Positions 1 through 13,587 of a stretch of DNA of 64,000 nucleotides are shown piece by piece. Made by a program: the position numbers and the translations under genes. The notes beneath the pieces were generated by a model that was not told the origin of the DNA, ran no database searches, and saw nothing but the letters and a program-made list of their open reading frames with translations. Where the stretch lies: positions 53,196,001 through 53,260,000 of the forward strand of contig OX597831.1 of NCBI GenBank assembly GCA_951406725.2, in the 5' to 3' direction. Position 1 is the first letter of the stretch. Every line of letters begins with the position of its first letter. This DNA is from Octopus vulgaris (lineage: Eukaryota).

Positions 1-269
1 GCCATGGCTTTTATTTTAACCCTATAAATTTTTTGACAGTTGAAATTCCTCTTAACTACTGTCTATGTAGAACAGATTTTTCTGACAACACTTGGATTAA
101 ATTCACTTTGAGCTTTCCTCACCATCTAATCCAGCTTATTTGGATTTATTACATTGCCCATCATAATCTTACATAGTGATTTTTAGAGGGTGGTTAGGAG
201 CAAAACCCTATATCATTAAAGAGCTGGTTGAAGAAGGATTTTGCAGAATGACTAACTCATATATTCTGA

Positions 270-590
270 GACCTCCCTTCTGTCACAACACTGACCATGG
301 GATTGCACCTAGAAAGTTACCCTCCCACAAGTCCGGGCAAGGTTGTTTATGGAAGACCAGCAGTCGCCCATGCATACCGGCTTCCCCTCTCCATGCCACC
401 AGTGTTATCCAAGGGAAAGGTAAAGGCTGATACAGCTTGACACCAGTGATGTTGCAACTCATTTCTACAGCTGAGTGAATTGGAGCAATGTTAAATAAAG
501 TGTCTTGCTTAAGAACACAACATGCAGCCTGGTCCAGGATTCGAGCTCACAACCTCACGATCGTAAGCTCAACGCTCTAACCACTGAGCC
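270..590 (-). mobile_element. tRNA-derived SINE, family A (CORE-like middle)
   Basis: Minus-strand head TGGCTCAGTGGTTAGAGC (A box) ..CTCGAATCC (B-box-like), then a TTCTT(G/A)AGCAAGACACTTT core. Related copies at ~2480-2700, 5161-5407, 12955-13290, 17850-17985 (-) and 60295-60600 (+). Confidence 0.8.
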
Positions 591-1388
591 ATATATATAT
601 ATATGTGTGTGTGTATGTATATATATATATATCCATGTTGGGTGTCCATAGCAGTATATCACGGTCAAGTTCTTGCTTATTTCTCCAGCATTGTCCTGCA
701 TAATCCATGTTTCTAAGTCATCTACAGAAACAACTAAATAAATGGAAAGAAGAACATTTCTAGAGCTGCTCAGTAACTCCTCAGTAGCTTCAGAAAGACC
801 CATTAATAACTGCTATTAAACATTATCTATAATGGTGTTTTCTACTATAGCCCCAGATTGACCAATGTCATGTGAGTGAATTTGGTACAGGGAAACTGTG
901 TGGGTGGGCATTTAATACATGGAACTGTGTGGGTGGGCATCTAATACTTAAGGTCTATAGTCATCATTGCCATCATGATCTTCATTATCATCATCCATCT
1001 GTTTTCTATGCTGGCATGGATTAGATGGTTTCACTGAAAACTGGCCTGCACCTTGAAGCATTTTTATTTGAATGAATTGCCCCCAGTACTTGTTTTGTTT
1101 TTAAGCCTCATACTTATTCTATTGTTTGTTTTTGTGGAACTGCTAAGTTAAGGGGTCATAAATACAACAACAGTTGTCAAGCAATGGTGGAGGACATCCT
1201 GAAACTCAAAGACACACACACACATATATGACACACTTCATTCAGTTTCCATCTACCAAATCTGCTTACAAGTCAGCTTGAAGCTATAGTTGAAGTCATT
1301 TACTCAAGATGTATATATTTATATATATATATAATTTGTCTACTGATTCATTCTCTCTCTCTATTTTCCTTTATTTTTATATTTCTAG

Positions 1389-1546
1389 TTCTGGTTCAGA
1401 AAGGTTCCAGCCTAATGATCCAACAGAAGATCCCTACTTGAATCTTTCAAATAATCATGTTTGTACAATTCCCTTCCCATACAATTTGCTGGTCCTTCTT
1501 CCACGTTGCCAACAAGCACAGTTGCTATTTTCTGCATATACTGTCA
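1389..1546 (+). CDS. SZT2: SZT2 coding exon 1 (in-window numbering)
   Basis: ttctag acceptor, gtaagt donor; SGSERFQPNDP..FPYNLLVLLPRCQQAQLLFSAYTV; ends phase 1, matching next exon. Confidence 0.85.
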
Positions 1547-1794
1547 GTAAGTATAGTAGTTTATATCATTAAATAGTTTGTTTTGTGTGTGTGTGTGTGT
1601 GTGTATTTTTTAAGCAAAAATAGTATCGACAGTGACTTCAAAGTTTTGGGCAACTAAGCCATCATCAAACAGTTTGATGATGGTTTAGCTGACTGAAACT
1701 TTGATGTCACTGTCAATACTATGTGCAAAGTTTAAAATGTGGTATATTTTGTAAGATCTATACACAACAGGCAGGTTGCTTTCAAAAAGGTTAC

Positions 1795-2010
1795 CCCTTC
1801 AGTATTTAAACCAGCCATATCCAACCCAAATACTCTACCTGTTTCATATTAAAACCAGTCAGATCTGGTTTCTTACACTTATCCTACAATGTCTCTCTAA
1901 AATTAAATATTCTCATCATCGAAATCTTGAAACTATGAGATAATGCATGATTCATTCAAGACAATGTGAATAAATATTATATTTGACAAAGTAATCTGAA
2001 TGCTAAAAAG
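1795..2010. mobile_element. piggyBac-type MITE (~220 bp family)
   Basis: Family consensus ends TTAA-CCCTTTAGCATT..AATGCTAAAGGG-TTAA (degenerate here). Other copies at 5009-5484, 10171-10381, ~12685-12900, ~15985-16160, ~23200-23415, 25569-26470, 39729-39948, ~46068-46260, ~61135-61340. Confidence 0.8.
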
Positions 2011-2120
2011 TTAAATGTTTCAATACCTGAAATGCGTTGCTGAAAAGAATTATGGTTTTCCTCACCTAGTTGATATTAAAATGAAATTAATGTGGTTAAT
2101 AATTTCTGCTTTGTTTTCAG

Positions 2121-2330
2121 ACCATTCTGTATATCCTGACAAAGAATGGAAAACACCAAACAATATTTTGTTTGAGATTTTTTTGGCCAAACTGAAAGCA
2201 TCTCATGGTAGAGAAATCAAACTCTCTCTGAAAGACTGTCAAGAATTTACAAAATCCTTGACAAAGCGAAAAACTGAGAGAACCATGTCAGCTTCTTCTT
2301 TATTCAATGAAACACAGCATGACGAATCTG
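2121..2330 (+). CDS. SZT2: SZT2 coding exon 2
   Basis: tttcag / gtaaag; HSVYPDKEWKTPNNILFEIFLAKLKASHGREIKLS; phase 1 to 1. Confidence 0.88.
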
Positions 2331-3314
2331 GTAAAGAAAGTTTTTTTATTTGTATTTGTTTAATTGTTGTTTGTTATTGCTTAGTTCCAGGTCAGCCCTA
2401 ATAGTGCAAACCTATAGGCATTCCAGCAATGACCATCCCATCTGTCTCAAAAAAAAAAAAGGATCAAATGTGGTTCCTGAGCTATAGGCTCATAAGGCTG
2501 GTTTTCTGGATTTGGTGACATATATATTCTCCCTGAATGGGACGCCTGTCCACAGGATTACTCATTTTTGACAGCTGAGAGGACTGGAACAACATGAAAT
2601 GAAGTGTTTCATTCAAGAACACAACACATTGCTTAGTCTAGGAATTGAAACCACAATCTTACAATCATGAGTGCAACATCCTAACCATTAAGCACATGCC
2701 TCCACTTTTGACCATCTGCCTGAGACTGTATTATCAAATGAGTCCTTCCTTTTACTTTCTCTCAAATCTCAACAAACCTATTTCAGAGCAGAAATGTTCC
2801 TTAATATTTTCATTGAGAAATGTGGCAAGCTGGCAGAATGGTTAGTATACCTGGCAAAAAGTTTAGCAGCATTTCAGCTGTCCTTACATTCTGAGTTCAA
2901 ATGCCACCAAGGTTGACTTTGCTTTTCATCCTTTTGGGCTTGTTAAAATAAGTACCAGTTGAGCGCTGAGGTTGATTTAATTGACCTACCCCCTCTCCAA
3001 ACTTGCTGGCCTTGTGCCAAAATTTGAAATGAATATTTTCATTGAGAGAGGTGGTGGAATAAAAACAGTTAAGCACCAAACAATATGCTTTGAGAAGTTT
3101 AGATAGGAGGTTATGTCATTTAAAATGAATTCTAATATTTTTTTCAATAGCTTCCAATTTGTTGTTGCTGTTATTGATAATAACGATGATAGCAATGATG
3201 ATGATGACAATGTCTTAATTCCTTTTAATTTTAAGTTTAATAAATATAATATATTTTATTGAAATTAAATGATACCAAAATATTTTTTTTGTTTTTCATC
3301 TTCTATTTATCTAG

Positions 3315-3673
3315 AGCCTTCTTGTGATAAGAAAACTAATCTAGGTGGACAGGAGGAAGTACCAAAAGATGCAGGTAATAAAGATTCAATGACTGGTAAG
3401 GATGGCTGCAACAATGCTGCTCCAACCAAATGGTGTTGCTTCATTCAAGACATTAACCATTCACATATGTTCCTGATATTTGTCCCAGCATCTTTCGATG
3501 ATTTGCTCACTCTGAAATCCAGCAGCTTCACTGAGACATTGCATGATAATCTAGAGATTGTTGCAGTAAAAGAGTGGGATTTAGATTGTCAAAAGTTATC
3601 TGATCAGTTATCTGATGAGGTGTTATCAAGTAAAGAAAGGCTTTCAAATGAAACATTGTCAACAACAGAACTG
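3315..3673 (+). CDS. SZT2: SZT2 coding exon 3
   Basis: atctag / gtaagt; KWCCFIQDINHSHMFLIFVPASFDDL; phase 1 to 0. Confidence 0.9.
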
Positions 3674-4713
3674 GTAAGTTCCTTTTTCATAATTTCTTTT
3701 ACAATTATTATTGTTGTTGTTGTTATTATTGTTGAGGGTGCATGGTCTAGTGTTGCATTCATGATTGTATTTCGTCTGTCATTACATTCTGAGTTCAAAT
3801 TCCACCGAGGTCGACTTTGCCTTTCGTCCTTTCGGGGTCGATAAATTAAGTACCAGTAATCGACTTAATCCATTTGTCTTTCCTTGTTTGTCCCCTCTGT
3901 GTTTAGCCCCTTGTGGGTAGTAAAGAAATAGGTGGTTTCAATTCACAGACTGGGTAATGCATTGTGCTCTTGAGCAAAACACCTCATCTGACATTGCTCT
4001 GAAATTACTTTGACACCTGACACACGGCACACCATGTACCTCTTCAGGTAACATCTAGATGTGCTGCTGGGTCAATGGGGAGGGGGCTAAGAGAGTATCT
4101 AAGTCTGCTTATGACTACACTGGCACCTAAAGCAATTAGCATAAACATGGTACATATCACCAAACATACTTTCTTGTGAATGGCAGCTGGCTGTTATGTA
4201 CTGTAAGCTGGTGCTTAGAACATAATGATAGAAAAGTTCCTGAGTATAATTATACTGGAAGGTTTTAATTTATATATGAATGCCTTAAAATGAGAGGTTG
4301 TGTATTATAGAACTAGGGATAGCTCCAGGATCACTTCAGAGCTAGTTTCTTCATCTTATATTTACTTATATGATCCAGGCAAGAGCACAGTATTATATTG
4401 ATAGAAAATAGATGACATCAAACTACTTCATTTACACAGATATATTCATCTTTGTAGATATTATTACTTTATGAAATGATGGAAATCATTATTAGTGTTT
4501 TATGCTGTCCCTCTATCATTCTTTAACCTCTCATCACCTCGCATAAAGCCACCTACCTCAATAGTACTCCTCACTCAGCTGAGGAGTCTTGTCTTGTGAG
4601 TTACTGGGGGATCTCACTGATGCTAGTGCCATGTGAAAAAGCATCCAGTACCCTGTGTAAAGTGTTTGGAATTAAGAAGGGCATCCAGTCATAGAAATCA
4701 TGTCAGAGTAGAC

Positions 4714-4927
4714 CAGTGCTTTTCAAACTTTTTGCTGGAGTGGAACCCCAAGGAAACATTCCACTGGCTCGAGGAACCCCTGTGCAATAATTTAATAGTC
4801 TTATGCACACATATCTGCACAGAAGAATTAAAAATTACTGCCGATTTTAGCAGTTTTGTAACTTCTTGTAGAACCCCTGTACTGGCTAAACCCTAAGGTT
4901 CCGTGGAACCCTGGTTGAAAACCACTG
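4714..4927. mobile_element. hAT (Charlie/Buster-like) MITE
   Basis: TIRs CAGTGCTTTTCAA / TTGAAAACCACTG; perfect 8-bp TSD GAGTAGAC at 4706-4713 and 4928-4935. Confidence 0.9.
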
Positions 4928-5008
4928 GAGTAGACATTAGAGCATAGCATAGTCCTTTGGCTTGCCAGCTCCTGTTGAAACTATGTCATCATGAAAAATG
5001 AACATTAA

Positions 5009-5484
5009 CCATTTAGCATTTAAACTGGCCATATCTGGCCCAAATATGCCTCTTGTTTTAAGTTCAAACTGACTGGGTCTAGCCTCTCACACCTACCCTA
5101 CAATATCATCCTAGAAATAGACAATGACATTATTGAAATCTCAAAGCTATGAGACAATACCAGCACTGTGAGATTAACGTGCAAGTGGCTGAGCACTCCT
5201 AATTCTCAAGGAGATTCAGTGTGATATAGAATGTGACAAGGCTGGCCCTTTGAAATACAGGCACTACTCAATTTTGCCAGCTGTGTGGACTGGAGCAACG
5301 TAAAGTAAAGTGTCTTTCTCAAGAACACAACACATCACCAGGAATTGAACTCACAACCTTACAATTGTAAGCCAAATACCATAACCACTAAGCTATACTC
5401 CTTTACAAGACAATACATGACTAATTCAAAACAATATGAATAAATAAGCTTTACACTTGGCAGAGTAATTTGAACACTAAAGGG
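5009..5484. mobile_element. piggyBac-type MITE interrupted by a family A SINE
   Basis: TTAA at 5005-5008 and 5485-5488; SINE 5161-5407 (-) flanked by AGACAATAC duplication (5152-5160, 5408-5416). Confidence 0.85.
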
Positions 5485-5647
5485 TTAAATGATGATGTAG
5501 ATGATGATGATTCTAATCTTCTGTTATTCAACCAGCATCCTAATTATGTAGACAATTATGTTACTATTGCATTATTTCCATAATTTCATATAAATTAATT
5601 GCATTTTTAAAAATTAAAATATATATCATTTTTTTCTTTTTCCAAAG

Positions 5648-6389
5648 AACCCTCAAAATATAAAGGGCCAAAATTTACCTCAAGGGATGAGTCATTCTCC
5701 TTTACAGCCAACACAAATTCATTCTTTTCCACCACAATCCCCAGCACAAGTGGACTTTCCTTTATCTCCTTTAATAGAGCAGCCATCTTTGATTCAAACT
5801 TCAGAACAAGGAAAGACCTCGTTATCTCCTTCTCAGATAACTATTTCCTCAAACAAACCAAATGTTTCTCCATCTGCATTGCATGGTGGTTATTCTCAAC
5901 CATTCCAACAACAAGTACCACCATTGTTATCCACTTTAGGACATGATATTCCTTCAACAGAGCCACTCAGTGATATACCTACTTCAGTGCATTCTACTGG
6001 AGATAGTTCTTTTAATTTTCCTCCAGATGACATAAATTTAGAGTATGATACTTCCATGTTCCAAAAGAAAGAAAACTTTGTGATTCCTGTATACATCTAT
6101 GATTGTGCATTGTCAAGGATCACCGACTCCCTTGTTCACAAAAGTACTTTTACCCTACCTCCTGATATCTATGAGGACCATCAGTTCATCGAAAATATTT
6201 ATCTTGGATGTGAGCCCTTCTCTAAAGTATTTAACAATTTAGACATCCATGATGACAGTAGTGAAGGGGGTCGTCACAGCACAGCTTCTCTGGATCGACG
6301 TTCTAATGACAGCACTTCAGACTACCCTGGTGAATTCAAGAAACAGAAAGAGAAGATCATGGAAGTGTTTTATAGCAGCTATGTCACAG
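5648..6389 (+). CDS. SZT2: SZT2 coding exon 4 (large, Pro/Ser/Gln-rich first half)
   Basis: pyrimidine tract + aag / gtgagt; ..FVIPVYIYDCALSRITDSLV..MEVFYSSYVT; phase 0 to 1. Confidence 0.9.
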
Positions 6390-7488
6390 GTGAGTAAATT
6401 TACAAAAGGACAGATCTATATTGTTTTCTTGGTAATGTCTGGAAAATCTATTTTTTAAACAATAAATCTTTCTTCTACTTGCTTCACTCATTTGACTGCA
6501 GCCATGCTGGAGCACCACCTTGAAGGGTTTTAGTAAAATGAATTGACCCCAGTACTTATTCTGTCAGTTACTTTTGCCAAACCTCTAAATTATAAAGGCA
6601 TAAACAAGCTAATACCAGTTTTGAAGTAGATTCAAGGACACATACACACACACACTTTCCCTCTACCAAATTGACTTACAAGACTTTGGTTGGCCCAAAG
6701 CTATAATTGAAGACACGTGCCCAAGGTACCATGCAGTGAGACTGGACTTGAAACCTTGTGGTTAGGAAGTAAACTTATTACTTCACAGCCACACCTGCAC
6801 CTATTACATATTGGTTCCTTACATAGGCACAAGGCCTTAACTTGGAGAGCAGTCAATCATATTGTTACGAGTACTTGAGTGATGCTTTCCAAATACTAGG
6901 TTTGACATAATTGACTGTTCCACTGGCTGTGTGACTAAGATGTTTGCTTCCCAACCTTGTGGTTTTGGTTTCAATCCTACTGTGTGGAGTTGGCCAAAAC
7001 TTTCTGAGTGGATTTGATGGACAGAAGCAGAAAGAAGCCCAGTGTGTGTGTGCGCATGCATGCGTGTGTTTGTTTTTTTTAAATCCATTTTCCCATGCTT
7101 GCATGCATCAGATGAAATTTGCTGAGGCAAATTTTCTATGGTTGGATGCCCTTCCTGTTGCCAACAAAATAATATTTTCCCATGACCAGACATGTTTTTC
7201 ATGGAATATTGGAAATGAAGGACAATACTTGCTCAATGATGCCACAGATTTGCAAGTATCATGTGATGTAAAGACAAGGAAGCAGCAACACACACAAACA
7301 CATTTAGTTTGAAGATACTTCTAGTTTTAATTAGGAAATAAAATAGCATTCATAGAAGCAGGTATCAGTTAATGTAAAAATATTTGTAGAATATTGCATT
7401 AGTAAAAGTCTTGAATTCATTTGTGAGTGAGACAGTCATTTATTATTTTCTCTCTTTAACAAATCCCAAATGTCATGATATATTGTAG

Positions 7489-7732
7489 GAATTTTCCGAA
7501 ATTTGACTGATCAGCACTACGTAGATAAATTGGACATGGATGCAGCTGTCAATATTTGCGAAGAATTGTTACCTATAGAAATAAACATTGTGAATTTCTT
7601 ACATGCTACCTGTGGACATTTTCGACAAGCCATCACCAAGCTGAAACAGAATGCAGAGGAAGATAATTCATCTTTTTTAAACACTGGTTCTCCACGTAAA
7701 TCAGCTGTCCGATTCGCAGACAGCAGTGAAAG
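7489..7732 (+). CDS. SZT2: SZT2 coding exon 5
   Basis: ttgtag / gtgagc; IFRNLTDQHYVDKLDMDAAVNICEELLPIEINIVNFLHATCGH; phase 1 to 2. Confidence 0.9.
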
Positions 7733-9056
7733 GTGAGCTATACAAGGTTGTCCATTTTGTTTCCCTTTAACAAACATCATGATATTAAAATGTGTAAGTA
7801 GAATTTCTAGAATTTATGTCTTTGGTGCAAAATATTGCATGTATCATCATCAACTTTTAACGTCCGGTTTCCATGCTGGCATGGGTTGGATGGCTTGACA
7901 GGAACTGGTTATTTGTATGCTCTAAATCTATGTCATGTTTTCTACTCTGGTTATTTAAAGATACAGTATTATATTTCTAAATTAACGTAGTGATTATGTA
8001 GAATCATTAGCACACCAGGCAAAATGCTTAGCAGCAATTCATCCGTCCTCACGTTCTGAGTTCAAATTCCATTGGAGTTGACTTTGCCTTTCATCCTTTC
8101 AGAGTCGATAAAATAAGTACCATACGAACACTGGGGTCAATGTAATTGACTTAGCCCCTGCTCCAAAATTGCTGGCCTTGTGCCAAAATTTGAATCCATC
8201 ATATTTCTAAATTGATGTTCTGGTTTATTTTATTATAATATATAGAAATTACTTTTTCAATACTCAACAATTTACTGCTGATATATTGTCTTTATGGTGT
8301 TTGAACCTCAAGTGTGTGCCCTGGCACTTGCCACCATCTATATCTCTCTCTTCCATTACTCAACCATCCCATTTATATTCAGATCCCCGTCCCTTGTAAA
8401 TATACCCGGCACTTTGCCACCAACTCTATCCTGCTGTCTTCAACTCTCTCTTCTCCTCCTACACTTCCCTCAGGTTGGGTAACCGTGTATTTCCTTTGCA
8501 GCAGCACACCTGTTTCTGTCTTCATTCCTGATCTCTCTCTCTCTCTCTCCCCAGCCGGGTAACCTAGTATCTCCCATACAGCAAGACACCTGTTTCTGTC
8601 TCATTATAATCTTTCATCATCTGACACAAGATCACTTCTTCCAGTGCTCCCTCCTCTCTCAAAAGAGATTTTATTTTGTCTTGCAAGTACTTAGTGACCC
8701 TGTCAGTGCAGGTGCCACTTAACTGTAAAGTGGTTGGCATTTGGAAGGGCATCCAGCTGCAAAAACCTTACCAAAACTGATCTTACCTGTGTTTATGTAA
8801 TGTAAAAAGTTAAAAAGCACTAAGTCCACTCCGCTGAGTGGTTGGTGTTAGGAAGGGCATCCAACTGTAAAAATCCTGCCCAAAAAGTTACAGAAGTCTG
8901 GTGCGGGCTTCTGCCTGGCTGGCTCTTGCCAAACCATCCCACCCTTACTAGCATGGAAGGCAGATGTTAAATGATGATGATGGCCATGATGATGATGACT
9001 TCCCTTAACTATGATTTACTTAAACTCCATGTCAGTATCATTCTATTTTTGTCCAG

Positions 9057-9273
9057 AAATATTGACCAGCCATTGTTTCAGCTTCCACCAGGCCGAGTAC
9101 CTGTTCCAGTGGCACCCACAGAGGAAGGTTTCTGTTGTGAATACATTTCAGAATTGCATCAGATTATTCCCACCAAGTTTAAGGAAACGATGAGTACATG
9201 GTTCTTACCAGTGCCAAATTGTCCTGGTTACTATTTCTACTGTCCTATTCAGTCTGGCTTCAGTGATAATGTG
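9057..9273 (+). CDS. SZT2: SZT2 coding exon 6
   Basis: gtccag / gtaagt; KFKETMSTWFLPVPNCPGYYFYCP; phase 2 to 0. Confidence 0.9.
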
Positions 9274-10444
9274 GTAAGTAGTTACTAGATGACCAATTTC
9301 TATAGTCTTTTTTTGGCTTCTCATTTAAATCAATAATAATAATAATGATAATAATAATATTTCTTTGATTATGTTGAACAAGTACAAGTGTGGCTGTATG
9401 GTAAGAAGTTTGCTTCCCAGTTTCATGGTTTTGGGGTTCAGTCCCACTGTACGGCAACTCAGGCAAGTGTCTTTTACTATAGCCTTAGGCCAACCAAAGC
9501 CTTCTGAGTGGATCTGATAGATAGAAACTGAAAGAAGCCCATTGTGTATATATGAATATATGCGTGTGTATGTGTGTGTGTGTGTGTATTACTGTCTCCT
9601 TGGCTTGACATTGTGTGATAGTGGTTAATGAGTGTCACAGTGATGCAAATGGTATCCTTTGTTACCAAATGTGTTTAGTGCTACTTTCTTTTGTTTGTTC
9701 ACTCACTTTATACACACGCACACACACACACATTGGGCTTCTTTCAGTTCCCAACAGCTAAATCCATTTATAAAGCACTGGTTGGCGTAGAGTTATGTAG
9801 AAGATACCTGTCAAAGGTACCATACAGTAGGATTGAACTCAAAACTATGTGGCTAAAAGAGCATGTATATTATGCTGTGTTCATCATATATTCTTCTTGA
9901 CATTTCCTCTGATCTTTGATAAATCTGTTATTTGGTTGAAATTCTTTTTTTTATTTATGATTCTCAATTGAAAGTGAAAATTTTATTGACTTAAAACGGA
10001 TATTTTTCTGTCATATCTTACTTTCAAAATATATACAATTGGTGTATTCTTTACTGTTCTCTTTCATAAAATTCTTGTTATAAACTGAGAAAATGGTTTT
10101 TTGTATGCTAAAGAATTGTTGTCCGACAAAATACTTTCACTATTAACAGTAAAGAGAAAAAGAGACTTAACCCATTAACATTCAGATTTTTCTATCATTT
10201 ATTCTCATTGTTTTGAATTAATCATATATTATCTTGTAGCTTTAAAATTGTGATGATGTATGTGATTGTATACTTTTAGAATGGCATTGTAGGGTAGGTA
10301 TGAAAGGCCACATCTGGCCAATTTGAACATAAAACAGGTAGAATATTTGAGCTGGATATGGTTGGATTAAATGCTAAAGGGCTAAGATAGGAGTTCAGTT
10401 GTGCATGTGTTTAATTTTGATAAGTGGATATTAGGACATTAGTA

Positions 10445-10790
10445 GTAAGCATCTTTCAGTCTTGAGACATCATGGATCTGTGCCTGAAGAAATTGTGTCA
10501 GCTGCTGATGGTGGTGCTGCATCTGCTGTTACTGTAGAGGCCTACACTAGAGTGGTAGTCACGCATACAGCGACTACATGTGAAGGAGCTCTCTGCTGGT
10601 GCTACTGGTTTTACCTCCAGTTGAGTGTGCTTTTCTTTGGTGACAAGTTCCTGTTTCTCTTCCCCTCACTTCATCCCCTTTCAAAATATTTGTCTCCAGC
10701 ATGGGTCATCATTTGCTATCTCCTTCCATCACAGGACATCCAGATCCAGCAACTTCATATCTCTCTTGCAGATGTCCTTGAAATGCAAAT
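10445..10790 (-). mobile_element. RTE/BovB-like LINE 3' fragment
   Basis: Minus strand encodes ..FTCSRCMRDYHSSVGLYSN, matching the C-terminal CxxC..SRIGLxSH motif of RTE ORFs; disrupted by stops. Confidence 0.7.
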
Positions 10791-11566
10791 ATAAATTTTG
10801 TTTTCATTTTCAAAAAAGAAAAAAAAAAAGAGAGAGAAATTAAGCCAATGAAAGGAATCTCTTGACAATTCCCTAAACTGCTAGAAATAATAGGCACATC
10901 TTTTCTCTCAAATTACTCTTTACAATTTTAGAAATAAGGATTCATTTGATAATAATTTAGCAAAAAAAAAAAAATATTTAGGATCCTGGAAGGTATTGGT
11001 TGGCAAAGATTTTACACTGAAATTTGAAAATTTGGATGAATTATTGTGCCATGTAGGTAAGAAGTATTTTTGTTTTACAGGCAAAGGGCTTTGTCTGAAA
11101 CATTAGGATTATAGGAACTGTGAATTTTATTAACAAAATCTTATGTGCAATATATCTGAAAAGAAAAGCAAAAAGTAAAAAGCTGGAGAGGTTTATTTGG
11201 TTAGGAATGGCTAAATAACAAGATTTAGTCTTTATGTTACCATATATCTGTTGAAATACAAAGCCGTTGTTTTAATCAATTTAAATGCAGTGCCACTTAG
11301 TGTTTTGCTTGGTGTGCTAATGATTCTACCAGCTCACTGCCTTATGTCTAGAATATGAATTAACATGAGATTTTTATGGAAGGTTTTAAAGTTAGCTCAC
11401 TTTAAAAAGGGATATCATAGAAGCAGAGGCATTCAAAGGTGGATTTGCTGTCAAAAGGGTTTAAAAAAACCAAAAAACCAAAAAATCAAATGTAAAGATT
11501 ACAATGATAACAAGTGCTTAACTTGTAGAATATATTAAATATATTTTCAACCATTGTTTATTTCAG

Positions 11567-11615
11567 CCATTTGAACAAACCTCTAACTTGTCAGAACAGA
11601 ATCAAACAACAAATG
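11567..11615 (+). CDS. SZT2: SZT2 coding exon 7 (49-nt mini-exon)
   Basis: tttcag / gtatgt; PFEQTSNLSEQNQTTN; supplies the phase 0 to 1 shift required between exons 6 and 8. Confidence 0.78.
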
Positions 11616-12253
11616 GTATGTACTTTTGACTTCTTTTCTTAATTTTGTTATTTTTTTTTTTTTTTTGCTATTAGTGATTTACCAGATTGTAAGTTAATGG
11701 AACAACTCAACTTAGTATAAAAACCATTTTACCTGTACTTACAAACTATATTATTCATCTTGTGGGTGCTGGTGCCATATGAAATACGCCTGTACCGGTG
11801 CTGTGTAAATTCATCCAGTATACACTGTAGAGTGGTTGGTGTTAGGAAGGGCATCCAACCATAGAAGCCATGCCAAAACAAACATGGTGCCTGGGCAGCT
11901 CTTCAACTGGTCAGTTCCTGTCAAACCGTCCAACCCATGCCAGCATGGAAAACAGATATTACATGATGATGACTAATGAGCAGCTTTCAACTTTTTCCAT
12001 TCAAAGATTTTTTAACCTGATATTTACATTATGTTTATTTGCCTATTCTGAGTTCCACCATTAAAGACAATTATTTATTATAAACAACAAGTCATGTCAG
12101 ACATTTAGATATTTAAGGGAATATAAACTACATTTATTTTTTTAACTTGATGAGTCTGGAGGAAGTGCCAGAGCCCATGGTCTTTGCAGCCCTTCTTAGA
12201 TATTTAATTGTTTGAAAGTTATTGGTATTTCATATTGTATTTTTATGTTGCAG

Positions 12254-12523
12254 ATTCAAATGGCAAAGGTTTCACAACTACTGAAGACACAGATATCCTT
12301 TTGGACTCACCAGGATCTTTCAAGATGTCTGAGAAATTTGAAAATTCTTGCAAAAATGTTTCAAGCGATTCTGATTCTGACGTCCAGTCTTCATCAAGCA
12401 GTGGCATGGAATCATTTGACTCTGATGATATGATGTATCCTCTCTTTGTTTGCTTCACTTGTACCATTAAACAGAACTCGGATTTTCATCACAGAATTGT
12501 CAGCACCCTTCCAACATGTCTGG
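12254..12523 (+). CDS. SZT2: SZT2 coding exon 8
   Basis: ttgcag / gtaatt; ..YPLFVCFTCTIKQ..STLPTCL; phase 1 to 1. Confidence 0.9.
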
Positions 12524-13587
12524 GTAATTTTTATTTTTCATTTTGTTTTGAACTTTTTCCTGTTTTAGCTTTTCTTTTTTTTTATCTTCATACTTGTTTC
12601 AGGCAATGTGTTTTGACCATGCTGGGGCACCACCTTGAAGGGTTTTAGCCAAGCAAATCTAGTACAGTACATGTTTTTTGTAACCTTTTAACATCTAAAC
12701 CAGTCATACTTGACCAAAATATTCTACCTGTTTTATGTTTAAATTGGCCAGGTCTGGCCTTTCACACCAACCCTTCAATAGCATTCTAAAGATTAACAGT
12801 TACTTCACCAAAATTTCATAGATAAAAATAATGCATAATTAATTCAAAACAATGTGAATTAATAAGCATTACTTTTGACATGGGAATCTCTGTACTAATG
12901 TCTTTGTATTTAAATTATATGATCTTAATCAAAATTTCATTATAATAAAGGGTAAAAAGTAAAGACCCCTTTCTGTCATGAATGACCATAGGATTGCTCC
13001 TAGAAAGTTACTCTCTGAGGCACAAGCCTGAGCAAGGTTGTTTATGGAAAACCAACAATTGCCCATGCATACCGGCCTCCCCTCTCCATGCCACTGATAT
13101 TACCCAAGGGAAAAGCAAAGGCCATCTTGGCAACAGTGATGTCGCAACTCATTTTTACAGCTGAGTAAACTGGAGCAATGTAAAATAAAACATCTTACTC
13201 AAGAACACAACACACAGCCCAGCCTGGTCTGGGAATCGAACTCACTACCTTATGATTGTAAGCCTGACACTCTAACCACTGAGCCATGCACCTTCACTAT
13301 TCTATATAATTCATTATAATATGAATTTATAACAAAATTTTGACAACATGATTTTCATCAATAAAAACAATGATCTGAATTTAATTTGCCTGAAGATGCA
13401 AAGGCTCTCTCATATTTAGGGTAAACACTTGTGTGCTGAAGGTGTTGCTGTATTCCATCTATGAATGCAAGAGTTCAGGAAGTGAAGCATCTCTGTTGTG
13501 GTTCCAGTTGTCAGGGGCTATCCTACTGATGTAGGTGACAAAACTCCCACATAACAGCATGAAATGGACGCAATAAAATAATAGGCT

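Noticed and set aside
176-430. ORF as a possible upstream SZT2 exon
   Set aside because: Most of it is an antisense family A SINE, I see no suitable donor, and it has no SZT2-like sequence.
520-590. tRNA-like sequences (also at ~13230-13290, 17920-17985, 35400-35460, 60295-60355)
   Set aside because: These are SINE heads: A/B boxes run into CORE-like bodies and no complete acceptor stem or cloverleaf forms.
892-948. ~29-bp tandem duplication (GGAACTGTGTGGGTGGGCAT..AATAC)
   Set aside because: It is a simple local duplication inside a decayed SINE with no further structure.
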